Assembly: GCA_964519305.1 (NCBI GenBank)
Contig: CAZFHY010000026.1
Location: forward strand, 1 to 40,747
Origin: Candidatus Undinarchaeota archaeon
Lineage (GTDB): Archaea > SpSt-1190 > JASMDC01
Length of the DNA: 40,747 bases
Direction of reading: 5' to 3'
The notes beneath the pieces are model-generated. The model was not told where the DNA came from. It made no database searches and was given only the letters and a program-made list of their open reading frames with translations. Made by a program: the position numbers and the translations under genes. This document shows positions 26,851 to 35,349 of the stretch, in pieces; position 1 is the first letter of the stretch; every line of letters starts with the position of its first letter.

Positions 26851-27116
26851 TGGCGTACCGGATAATCTGGCACCGGAAGGCCCTGAAGGAGCTGAGGAAG
26901 CTACCCAAGGATATCGCTCTTCGGTTCATCAGGCGGGCACGTGATCTCAACGAGTACCCCGCAAAGGGCTCACGTCCACTGACAGGATCCCGGTTCCGGA
27001 GCATCCGGGCAGGGGAGTACAGGGCCGTCCTCGATATTGACCACGACAGCCGGACCGTCAGGGTCCTTCTCATCGGCCACCGGAAGAACGTCTACAAGGG
27101 CCTACTCGAGCTGTGA
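26847..27116 (+). CDS. relE: RelE/ParE-family toxin
   Basis: A.KELRKL, RSIRAGEYRAV, IGHRKNVY; overlaps the antitoxin stop. Confidence 0.92.
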   Translation: MMAYRIIWHRKALKELRKLPKDIALRFIRRARDLNEYPAKGSRPLTGSRFRSIRAGEYRAVLDIDHDSRTVRVLLIGHRKNVYKGLLEL

Positions 27117-27172
27117 CCTGGGACGGAGCGCCCCCGTCGGGTTTATATCCGTTAACTCCCCCGGGGAGCACC

Positions 27173-27790
27173 ATGGACGACCGGACGCTCCTCCAGCTCG
27201 TACTGGTCATCTCGGTGCTGACACTGGTCGGCAACGCCCTTGTGCTGAACGAGGTACGCTCGGCGGACGTACCGGCCGGTGGCCCCCCCGCCAACGTCCT
27301 TGACCTGAAGGCGTTCACCATGGCCGACTTCCCGGTCAAGACCAGGGACGACGGGCGAGGGACGTTCTGCGTCAGGAACACCTACTCGAAGTCGTTCAAC
27401 GTGTACTCCCAGTGGTACACCAAGGTGGGCACCCTGGAGCCGGGCCAGACGCGGTGCGCGTACGGACTCCTTCGCCGGGACGTCTCTATCCAGGTGTACG
27501 ACCGGTCGTGCAACAACCACCACGCGTCGCTGGATTCGGTCACCTACCCCACCGGCAAGTGCATCCTGGTGAACGGGTGTCCGAGCTCGTGGGTGTACAG
27601 CTGGCAGGGTGGGCGCGTCAAAACGATGAAGCCCTGCTTCCCATACGTTGCGCCCACGCCTGTGCCCACGCCCACGCCTGTGCCCACACCCACGCCCCGC
27701 CCAACACCGTACCCCACGCCTGAGGGCTCCCCGATCCCCACGTACGATCCCTGGTCGAACCCCGGTGGCCTGAACACCCGCGACAGGTGA
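27173..27790 (+). CDS. MDDRTLL-leader protein (beta-rich Cys domain, PT tail), paralogue 1
   Basis: Leader plus GPPAN; TTTATATCC box about 25 nt upstream; near-identical to 27843-28454. Confidence 0.85.
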   Translation: MDDRTLLQLVLVISVLTLVGNALVLNEVRSADVPAGGPPANVLDLKAFTMADFPVKTRDDGRGTFCVRNTYSKSFNVYSQWYTKVGTLEPGQTRCAYGLLRRDVSIQVYDRSCNNHHASLDSVTYPTGKCILVNGCPSSWVYSWQGGRVKTMKPCFPYVAPTPVPTPTPVPTPTPRPTPYPTPEGSPIPTYDPWSNPGGLNTRDR

Positions 27791-27842
27791 GCGCCAGGGC
27801 CGCGTCGTCGGTTTTAAATCCCTTCCCCCTGTCGGCGAGACC

Positions 27843-28454
27843 ATGGACCACCGCACGTCCCTCCGCCTCGTACTGGTCATCTCGGTGCTGGCACTGGCCG
27901 GCAACGCCCTGGTGCTGAACGAGTTGCGCTCGGCGGACGCAACGGCCGGTAAGTTACCCGCCAACGCCGCGACAACGAAGGCGTTCACCATGGCCGACTT
28001 CCCGGTGAGGACCGCGGACGACGGGAGAGCGACGTTCTGTGCCAGGAACGCCTACTCGAAGCCGTTCAACGTGTACTCCCAGAGAAATAACAAGGTGGGC
28101 ACCCTGGAGCCGGGCCAGACGCGGTGCGCGTACGGCCTCGACCGTCGGGACGTCTCTATCCAGGTGTTCGACCGCTCGTGCAACAACAATCTGAAATCGC
28201 TGTGGGATACCACCCCCAGGGCCAAGTGCATCCTGGTGAACGGGTGCCCGATGTCGTGGGTGTACAGCTGGCAGGGGGCGCGCGCCACGTACATGAAACC
28301 CTGCTTCCCGTACGTTGCGCCCACGCCGGTACCGACCCCCACGCCGGTACCGATCCCCACGCCGGTCCCAACGTCGTACCCCCTGCTGCCGGGTCCTCCG
28401 CTCCCCACGGACGAGCCCTGGAAGCCTGGCGACCTGGGATCCCGGGAACGATGA
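27843..28454 (+). CDS. MDDRTLL-leader protein, tandem paralogue 2
   Basis: MDHRTSL leader plus LPAN; TTTTAAAT box upstream; shared KAFTMADFPV...KCILVNGCP.SWVYSWQG. Confidence 0.85.
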   Translation: MDHRTSLRLVLVISVLALAGNALVLNELRSADATAGKLPANAATTKAFTMADFPVRTADDGRATFCARNAYSKPFNVYSQRNNKVGTLEPGQTRCAYGLDRRDVSIQVFDRSCNNNLKSLWDTTPRAKCILVNGCPMSWVYSWQGARATYMKPCFPYVAPTPVPTPTPVPIPTPVPTSYPLLPGPPLPTDEPWKPGDLGSRER

Positions 28455-28463
28455 GCGGACGGA

Positions 28464-28575
28464 ATCAGGTCCTAGAAAGAAAATAGGGCATAGTATAGCG
28501 GGGGGAAGGAAGTAAATTCCAGGTGCCACACCATGCCCTTGTGATAAAAATTACCCGTCCGGAGTTGATAAACCT
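28464..28575 (-). ncRNA. Promoter plus hairpin small RNA, copy 1
   Basis: Minus strand: GGTTTATCAA box, then stem AGGGCATGGTGTGGC/GCTATACTATGCCCT around a pyrimidine-rich loop, then a U-rich tail; homologous to 31682-31785. Confidence 0.6.
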
Positions 28576-28663
28576 GTCCTTTCGGGTGCCGTCACGTCCC
28601 TCTAGGCCCGGTCCGGGACCTCCCCGACGAAACGTTTAATACTTGGAACGCGATTGCCCTGCC

Positions 28664-30802
28664 ATGGCCCGACGCGACCACCTACCGCTCCTCACGACGG
28701 TGCTCATCATAACAGCGCTCCTGTCCATGGTATCCGTGGCCGGGTGCGACACAGGTGCCGGCATGAACTGCCGGACCCATCCTGCCGATTGCCCCTGCGA
28801 CATGCCCGATGCGCCCATCTGCGACCCGCTCAACCCGGGCGCCGACGAACGCGGGTGCTTCAGCGAGGGCTTCGACCATAGAACCGAGGGCGGCGTACTG
28901 AACTGCTGCCAGCCGAACGACGGGACCGGGAAGGAGGCATGCATGGTAGGGGAGCACGATCCGTGCCCGGGGGACTACAGGAAGATCCCGGGCGAATGGG
29001 TCGACCCGGGCAACCCCTCCAACTGCGCCATGGTCGAACACAGGGCCGACCCCCGGATGTGCGGCGATCCCCACGCTGGCCAGCCCATGGGCGGGGATGG
29101 TGCCCAGATCAGGATCGAACCGAGGCTCTTCAGGGAGCGCGAGCCGGTGGAGGTATGCGGCACCCTCATCACGCTCACCGGGCTGCCGGACAGACCGCCT
29201 GAGGCCCACTTCGAGATCGTCCACCGGGACGGTGCCCGCGAGAGCTTCATGGTGCCGCTGGACCCGGGTTTAGAGCACGCGTACTTCCATTTCTACGACT
29301 TCGCCCTCGTAAAGGACCGCGGGGAGATCAGGGTCGAGGGGAACGCGGTCGAGCTCAGCGTGCACAAGCGTGACGACTGCGGTCCCTTCCCCCCTGCTGA
29401 TGCCGGTGCGGGTGGCGACCGCCCTCCAGATGATCCGTGCGCGCGGTGCAACTGGGAGTGCGAGCAGCCGTGCGAGATCTGCAAGCGGGAGGGCCGTGGC
29501 GCCGAGTGCGACGGGCCCTGCAGCCACGACTTTTTGAAGGAGTGCAGGGGCCGCGAGTGCGTCCAGGTGTGCGGGGGCGTACCGGTCGACCGGCCGCCCG
29601 AGGACCCGTGCGCTCGGTGCAACTGGGACTGCGGGCAGCCGTGCGAGATCTGCAAGCGGGAGGGCCGTGGCGCCGAGTGTGACGGGCCCTGCGGCCACGA
29701 CACTTTGAAGGAGTGCATGGACCGCGAGTGCGTCAAGGTATGCGTCGGCGAACCAGGCGATATGAACCGCGATGACATATCCATCGGCGACCGTGGCGAC
29801 ATGGAGAAGCGGGAGGGGGTCCCCCCTGCCAGTGACACCGGCCTGTCCAACGGCGCGGCCTGTGCCGAGGACGACCAGTGCGCCAGCGAGAACTGCATCT
29901 CGGGCGTGTGCTGCATCGACGGGAAACAGTGCTGCCGCGCGGACAAGGACTGCGAGCAGGGCAAGACCTGCGACACGGAACGTGCGTACTGCACCGGAGC
30001 TTCGGACGCCATCGAGTTCTTCAAGGAGTACTGGGAGATCGTGGCCGCCGCCCTCGGTTCGCTGGGAGCTGCTGCCTACTACCTCAACATGGTCAAGCGC
30101 AAGACCATCGGCGAGGAGAAGGTGGTGATCCGCCGTGGTAAGACCATGGAGGGCAACGCCGTGAAGCTGGGCATCAAGGTGAAGAACGACTCCACGTTCA
30201 AGATCACCGAGGTGAAGGTCACCATCGACTATCCCAAGGCCTTCAAGGTGGAGGGCGGCTCGCCCACCGTGGAGCTGGGCAACATCCGGCCCGACGAGTT
30301 CCAGAGCGCCATCTTCAAGCTCGTCCCCATGCGGTGCGTGAAGGGCACAGTGACCGGGTACACCACCTACGAGAACAACAAGGGCGAGACCAAGGTAGTC
30401 CAGATCGATCCCGTGGACGTGGGCAGTGTCTGCCCGTTCCTCGAGCGGGTCCGGCTCTCTCCGGACGAGTTCGCCCAGCGGAAGCCCACCCTGCAGAGCG
30501 GGAACAAGAGCATGACCGTCCGGACCGATGCCAACAGGATCTTCGAGCTGATCAAGGGCAGGTTCAACAACATCCACACCGTGCACGAGGAGGTGAGCCC
30601 CGACCAGACGAGCATGCTCGGCGAGTACTCGGGCCAGGGTGCGTACAGCAAGGCCTTCATCGGCGCCAGTATCAAGGTGGTCTACGGCGACCAGCCGCAG
30701 GTCGAGCTGTCGGTGTACGGCGAGGACGAGGCCATGGTCACCGGGCTGCTGAGCGAGCTGGTGGACCTCATCGAGAAGGAAGAGGGCATCGGCGAGGTGT
30801 AG
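28664..30802 (+). CDS. Type I membrane protein: Cys-rich ectodomain, TM, cytoplasmic beta-sandwich plus platform (adaptin-appendage-like) domain
   Basis: Signal peptide; two 57-aa repeats with 10 Cys each; TM IVAAALGSLGAAAYYL; C-terminal PFLERVRLSPDEFAQR...EEVSPDQ...VELSV...LLSEL. Confidence 0.85.
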   Translation: MARRDHLPLLTTVLIITALLSMVSVAGCDTGAGMNCRTHPADCPCDMPDAPICDPLNPGADERGCFSEGFDHRTEGGVLNCCQPNDGTGKEACMVGEHDPCPGDYRKIPGEWVDPGNPSNCAMVEHRADPRMCGDPHAGQPMGGDGAQIRIEPRLFREREPVEVCGTLITLTGLPDRPPEAHFEIVHRDGARESFMVPLDPGLEHAYFHFYDFALVKDRGEIRVEGNAVELSVHKRDDCGPFPPADAGAGGDRPPDDPCARCNWECEQPCEICKREGRGAECDGPCSHDFLKECRGRECVQVCGGVPVDRPPEDPCARCNWDCGQPCEICKREGRGAECDGPCGHDTLKECMDRECVKVCVGEPGDMNRDDISIGDRGDMEKREGVPPASDTGLSNGAACAEDDQCASENCISGVCCIDGKQCCRADKDCEQGKTCDTERAYCTGASDAIEFFKEYWEIVAAALGSLGAAAYYLNMVKRKTIGEEKVVIRRGKTMEGNAVKLGIKVKNDSTFKITEVKVTIDYPKAFKVEGGSPTVELGNIRPDEFQSAIFKLVPMRCVKGTVTGYTTYENNKGETKVVQIDPVDVGSVCPFLERVRLSPDEFAQRKPTLQSGNKSMTVRTDANRIFELIKGRFNNIHTVHEEVSPDQTSMLGEYSGQGAYSKAFIGASIKVVYGDQPQVELSVYGEDEAMVTGLLSELVDLIEKEEGIGEV
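29417..29750 (+). repeat. Intragenic tandem repeat, 171-nt period, two copies
   Basis: DRPP.DPCARCNW.C.QPCEICKREGRGAECDGPC.HD.LKEC starting at 29417 and 29588. Confidence 0.95.
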
Positions 30803-30809
30803 GTGCACC

Positions 30810-31565
30810 GTGGACGACCGCACGCTGCTGCAGCTGCTGCTCGCGGTAACGGTGCTCGCCCTAGCGCTCAACCTGTACACCCTGACCGCTGTGCGGACAC
30901 AGGCCGCGGCAGGTGCACCGCTCAACGCTCCCTGCTTGTCACCTTTCGGGTGCCCTTCAATAGATGGCCCTCCGGCGAACTACGGGCGTGTCGATCACTT
31001 CCTGGACCAGAAGCAGGGCTTATCCTTCGACAGGCGCTCGACGAGCCCCTACGGGTACGTAGGGCCCCTTTCCTTGAACGGTGAAGAGCTGGCGTCCGAC
31101 ATTATCGTTACCGGTCCCGACGGCGGGGAGAGGAAGGTGTTCTGCGTGCTCGGGTTATTCTCCTGGAGCACACATCCATACAAGCCGATGATGTTCGACT
31201 GCATGGTCTCTGCTCACAACGCCCGGATTATCGGTGACATGCTCCTCCAGTACCAGTCCGGCCCGGAGCGGCAGATGGAGCTGGAGCTGGCGTTCGACAT
31301 CTATCAACCCGATACCCGTCGCTATGGGGATGGGTACTACGAGGCTGCCAGTGGGGAGCTCAAGTGCCCGGTCCTCAAGGAGGGGAACGGGGACCTGGCC
31401 ATCAACATCGAGGATGAGTCGTTCCGCGTGGGCGGATCCCAGGAGCTCAACCGCATGTTCTTCATGGCAGCGCCGCCGTTGGAACATTCGAACGAGATCC
31501 AGCTCACGGACGCGAGTGATCCGGCGGCAAAATACGTGAAGGTCTTCGGTGGACCTGCCGTATAG
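30810..31565 (+). CDS. MDDRTLL-leader protein with beta-rich payload
   Basis: GTG start; leader plus GPPANYG; payload unrelated to other family members. Confidence 0.8.
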   Translation: MDDRTLLQLLLAVTVLALALNLYTLTAVRTQAAAGAPLNAPCLSPFGCPSIDGPPANYGRVDHFLDQKQGLSFDRRSTSPYGYVGPLSLNGEELASDIIVTGPDGGERKVFCVLGLFSWSTHPYKPMMFDCMVSAHNARIIGDMLLQYQSGPERQMELELAFDIYQPDTRRYGDGYYEAASGELKCPVLKEGNGDLAINIEDESFRVGGSQELNRMFFMAAPPLEHSNEIQLTDASDPAAKYVKVFGGPAV

Positions 31566-31582
31566 CGCGGGGAGACCGGCCA

Positions 31583-31637
31583 TAGGCTTTTATCCCTGCA
31601 CTCCCTAGAGGGCCGATATGGACGACCGCACGCTGCT
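31583..31637 (+). repeat. 55-bp direct repeat (promoter plus start of MDDRTLL leader), copy 1
   Basis: TAGGCTTTTATCCCTGCACTCCCTAGAGGGCCGATATGGACGACCGCACGCTGCT; 54/55 identical to 35295-35349. Confidence 0.95.
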
Positions 31638-31707
31638 CGAGCTCGTTCTAGCGGTTGCGGTGCACACTGTCAGGGGAGTGTATCAGGAGCAAGAAGGTCG
31701 GACATGA
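31618..31707 (+). pseudogene. Truncated MDDRTLL-leader ORF (29 aa)
   Basis: MDDRTLLELVLAVAV, then similarity is lost and the ORF stops within the hairpin element. Confidence 0.7.
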
Positions 31708-31785
31708 TGCAGCGGGGGGAAGGAAGCAAATCCAGGTGCCACACCATGCCCTGTACATACTGACCCGTCCGGAACTTAATATTCT
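31682..31785 (-). ncRNA. Promoter plus hairpin small RNA, copy 2
   Basis: Minus strand: AATATTAAG box, then stem GGGCATGGTGTGGC/GCTGCATCATGTCC with the same loop as copy 1. Confidence 0.6.
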
Positions 31786-31923
31786 GTGTATAGGATGTCG
31801 TTACGGTATTGGGGATCCGCCCGGACGTCGGTGGCCTCTGTAGCGTACGGGGAAGGTGATGCCGCCTGTCGGGATCAGATCGAATTGAATAGTGGCCGTG
31901 ATGACCGCGCGGTGCGACGCTCG

Positions 31924-33972
31924 CTACCCGTCCTCGATGGTGAGTGTGAACTCCTCCACCCCGTACCACTCGTAGCAGCGGTCCCGGTGGGTGACGTTGC
32001 ACTCGGCGTCGGGCACGTACGCGCACAGTTCGCGCTCGCATGCGTTGCATCCCTCGGCCGGTTCCAGGCACTCGATGCCGTCGTCGCTCCAGACGTCGCA
32101 TAGGGGGAGGTACTCGCACACGTCCACGTGGAAGATCCACTCCCCCGCCGGCGCGGTCGCCGGGTCATCCGGGAGTTGGAGGGTGGTGGGGATGGTGTTC
32201 GCCTGCTCCCCGAACACCTTCACGCCGCCCGGGTCGGTGAACCATGTGTTGGGGCTGCACTCGGCGGGTCCGTCCAGGCACGCAGCGGGAACGGCCGCCC
32301 GCAGCTGCGAGAGCAGGTCGTCGAGCCCCATCTCCTCCAGCTCGTCGATGAAGGTGGCGTCGAGCTGGAGCTCGAGGGAGCCCTGGCCGTCCAGGGCGGC
32401 GAGGTGCGGGTAGACGCAGAAGCACCGCTCCTCCTCCACTATGTTGTTGATCGCGACGTAGATGTCCCTCGTGCCCCATTCACGCTCCATCCTGATGGTC
32501 GAGGGGATGCTGAGCATGACCTTCTCGTTCTTGGTCTGTATGTCCATCAGTATGCGCGCCCTCATGCTGTCGGAGATGTCATCGGCCATGTCGTTGATGC
32601 CCTCGCTGGCCGGGATGAGGCTCGCGTCGTACTCGCAGTGCGAGGCGGCCGCCCAGTCGCCCGTGGGCTCGCAATCCCCGAAGCTGCTGTCGAACGGGCA
32701 GCCCGGGTCGCCGGTCTCCGCGTGGTCGGGGAGCTTCTCCAGGAGACCGACCATGCCGTCCAGTGTATCGAACTCGCACCCCACGATCAGCTCCTTGTAG
32801 ATGATCGCAAAGCCGCAGGTCCCATCCTCCATCATGCTAACGACGAACGTCTCGACCGGCTCCACCCCCTCCTCCGTCACGTTGACCGCCGCCCCGCTGC
32901 AGTCGGCGGCCAGGTCCAGGAAGCACGCGTAGTCGTGCCCGCAGTCGGCGGGCTCCCCCGGCGGCGTCTCGGATGGCCACGGCGCTGCCGTGGGGGACGG
33001 CGATGGCTCCGGGGTGGGCTCAGGCGTCGAGGTGGGCGTCGGTAACGGGGCCTTGGTGGGCGACGGCGACGGTGAGGGGACCTTAGTGGGCGTTGGTGAC
33101 GGGGCCTTCGTCGGCGACGGTGATGGTGCCTTGGTGGGTGACGGCGAGGGCGCCTTCGTGGGCGACGGCGACGGATCATCCCGTGGTGTCGGTGACGGGG
33201 TGGCCGATGGCACCGGCCGCCCCTTGATGGTGAACGTCACGGTCCGGGTGGCGGTGTTGCCCGCCTCGTCCTCGGCGGTGATCTCCAGCTCATGCTTCCC
33301 CGGCTCGGTGACCCACGTGCCGCTCTCGAAGGGCTCGCCGTTGAGCAGGACCTCCTTGACGCGGAGGTTGTAGTCGTCCACGGTGACGAAGGGCATGGCC
33401 TCTTGGTCGAAGGTCCCGCCCTCCTTTATCCCGCTGACCTTGATCTTGGGCCCGGTCCGGTCGATGGTGAACGAGAACGCCTTCGTCCCCTCGTTCCCGG
33501 CCGAGTCCGTGGCGACGACCGTGAGGGTGTGATCGCCCTCGTCGCTCACCTCGGTCCCGCTCTCGTACGGCTCACCGTTGAGTGTGACGGTACGCACCGA
33601 CAGGTGCGCGTCCTCGATGGTCACCTTCGGCGTGACCGCCGTGGCGTAGACCGCTCCCGCCTCCACGCCCTCGATGGTGATGGTCGGCGGCGTCCCCTCC
33701 ATGTAGACCGAGGCGATGACGCCAACCAGCCCGAGGACGAGGACGCCGACGAGGACGGCCCACATGAGCGCCGTCCTGTCCCGGGCGGGCGCACCGGACG
33801 TGTGGGAGGGATGGGCCGGCCGGTAGACGGCGGGCCGCCCGTCCATGGGGAGCGCGGCGTCGACCTCGGCCGGAGGCCACCCTGCGTTCACGAGCAGTCG
33901 GCGTATCATCCACGGCGGTGTGCCGCGGTTGACGTAGTACTGGATGGCGTACACGAGCTGCTGGCTGACCAC
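31924..33972 (-). CDS. Type II membrane surface protein: cytoplasmic helical motif, TM, two Ig-like repeats, PSPTKA linker, Cys-rich C-terminus
   Basis: Two TxTD.AGN Ig repeats; (A)PSPSPTK repeats at about 33000-33200. Confidence 0.85.
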   Translation of the reverse strand: MVSQQLVYAIQYYVNRGTPPWMIRRLLVNAGWPPAEVDAALPMDGRPAVYRPAHPSHTSGAPARDRTALMWAVLVGVLVLGLVGVIASVYMEGTPPTITIEGVEAGAVYATAVTPKVTIEDAHLSVRTVTLNGEPYESGTEVSDEGDHTLTVVATDSAGNEGTKAFSFTIDRTGPKIKVSGIKEGGTFDQEAMPFVTVDDYNLRVKEVLLNGEPFESGTWVTEPGKHELEITAEDEAGNTATRTVTFTIKGRPVPSATPSPTPRDDPSPSPTKAPSPSPTKAPSPSPTKAPSPTPTKVPSPSPSPTKAPLPTPTSTPEPTPEPSPSPTAAPWPSETPPGEPADCGHDYACFLDLAADCSGAAVNVTEEGVEPVETFVVSMMEDGTCGFAIIYKELIVGCEFDTLDGMVGLLEKLPDHAETGDPGCPFDSSFGDCEPTGDWAAASHCEYDASLIPASEGINDMADDISDSMRARILMDIQTKNEKVMLSIPSTIRMEREWGTRDIYVAINNIVEEERCFCVYPHLAALDGQGSLELQLDATFIDELEEMGLDDLLSQLRAAVPAACLDGPAECSPNTWFTDPGGVKVFGEQANTIPTTLQLPDDPATAPAGEWIFHVDVCEYLPLCDVWSDDGIECLEPAEGCNACERELCAYVPDAECNVTHRDRCYEWYGVEEFTLTIEDG

Positions 33973-34141
33973 GGTCCTTCCCCTTGCGGAGCCCTCGTTC
34001 CCGTAAGGACGTCTAGCTTCAAATAGGTTCCTGCGCGAGGCCGATGAAAGGGCGGTCCGCTACCCGTCACGCAGGCAGCATGTCCTCGGGCCGCAGCGGC
34101 GGGTGTGCGAGAATGTCCTCCACGCTCCTTCCGTTAGCGAC

Positions 34142-34948
34142 CTAGTCGGTGATGTACCCGAACCCGATCCGGTACTGGTTCACCTTGGTATCGGTGCGCG
34201 GTCCCAGCTCTTCTTTTGGGACGCCGTTACCGACGGCGGTCCGGTACGCGATGATGTCGTCGACCATCCCCGGGAACCTCTCGGCCATTTCGTGGTACTC
34301 CGCGCACTTCTGCTCGGCGAACGCGAGCCCGGCGGCCTCCATCGGTCCCTCGTCGCCGATGGCCGTGAACAGGGTGAGGGCCGCGTACTCGCCGAACCCC
34401 TCCATGACGGCCATCTCGGTGAACATCTCGCACTCGGTGGCGTAGTCCATCTCCCCTGCCTCGCGGAACCCCGGCATCCTCCACTCGGTGCCGTGCCGTT
34501 GGAGGACGTTGGCCTGGAGCGCGTGTGCTACCTCGTGGGCCATGGTGTACTCCAGCTGTCCCGGCCCGTACAGCTCCGGCTCCTCGAGCACGAAGTCGCT
34601 GATGAGGACGGTATGAGTGGTATCGTCGTAGATGCCCGCGCCCAGCATCCGGAACATGTTGGCGGCCATCTCCAGCTCCTTGGGCGAGGCGTCCTCGCGG
34701 TAGTGCGGGCTGGTGCGCTGGAGGAACTCGGTGTACGCGGCCTTGTCGCCGACGCGCACGGCGGGCCGCTCTCCGAACTCGATGCCCAGGACGCGCTCGT
34801 ACCCGTCGATGATGGTGTCTACGAGATGCTCGCATTCGTCCAGACCCGCGTAGTGCACGGGCGAGGCGCCGGCGCAGGGGGTAGATAAAGGTTGTGTTTG
34901 GGTGGCGGTGACAGGTACGTCGTTGGGGGCTGTTGGGGCCTCTACCAC
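34142..34948 (-). CDS. Zincin-like metallopeptidase
   Basis: TMAHEVAHALQ (HExxH) plus downstream MEGFGEY; start uncertain. Confidence 0.8.
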   Translation of the reverse strand: MVEAPTAPNDVPVTATQTQPLSTPCAGASPVHYAGLDECEHLVDTIIDGYERVLGIEFGERPAVRVGDKAAYTEFLQRTSPHYREDASPKELEMAANMFRMLGAGIYDDTTHTVLISDFVLEEPELYGPGQLEYTMAHEVAHALQANVLQRHGTEWRMPGFREAGEMDYATECEMFTEMAVMEGFGEYAALTLFTAIGDEGPMEAAGLAFAEQKCAEYHEMAERFPGMVDDIIAYRTAVGNGVPKEELGPRTDTKVNQYRIGFGYITD

Positions 34949-35048
34949 GGGACGGACGCCCCTTGAGCGCTTTGGAAGGTTTTATAATCCGCTACGGTGC
35001 ACCATCCATCAGAGGGAAGGGAAAGGGAGACGACAGCGGGCCACCCCC

Positions 35049-35297
35049 ATGGTACACGACGACCTATTAGCGGCAGCTCTCACCCGGGGCCTGATGATCA
35101 CCTGGGAGTGCTGGGACACGACCCGGGACCTTACCGCGCTCGAGGCCCCAGCCCTCGCCGGCACACCGGGCGTGCAGACGCTCGTCGTCCTCACGATGAT
35201 GGTGCCCCTTGCCGCCTGCATCGTGCTCACGTGCCTGTGCCTCCCCGACCTCCTGCGGACGACGGGACAGGGACCGGGCGCTGACGCCCGTCCGTAG
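35049..35297 (+). CDS. Possible small membrane protein
   Basis: 82 aa with one hydrophobic stretch; divergent TATA at about 34980. Confidence 0.35.
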   Translation: MVHDDLLAAALTRGLMITWECWDTTRDLTALEAPALAGTPGVQTLVVLTMMVPLAACIVLTCLCLPDLLRTTGQGPGADARP

Positions 35298-35349
35298 GCT
35301 TATATCCCTGCACTCCCTAGAGGGCCGATATGGACGACCGCACGCTGCT
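35295..35349 (+). repeat. 55-bp direct repeat (promoter plus start of MDDRTLL leader), copy 2
   Basis: 54/55 identical to 31583-31637. Confidence 0.95.

Noticed and set aside
28520-28538. Resemblance of GGGCATGGTGTGGCACCTG (minus) to Alu/7SL sequence
   Set aside because: Short, coincidental match; the rest of the SRP RNA structure is absent
29270-30925. 551-aa minus-strand ORF and the many other long overlapping ORFs in the track
   Set aside because: Antisense shadows of GC-rich genes, with no motifs
34028-34076. CCTGCG/CGCAGG stem with GATGA
   Set aside because: Single copy with a short stem in GC-rich DNA; likely a terminator or chance
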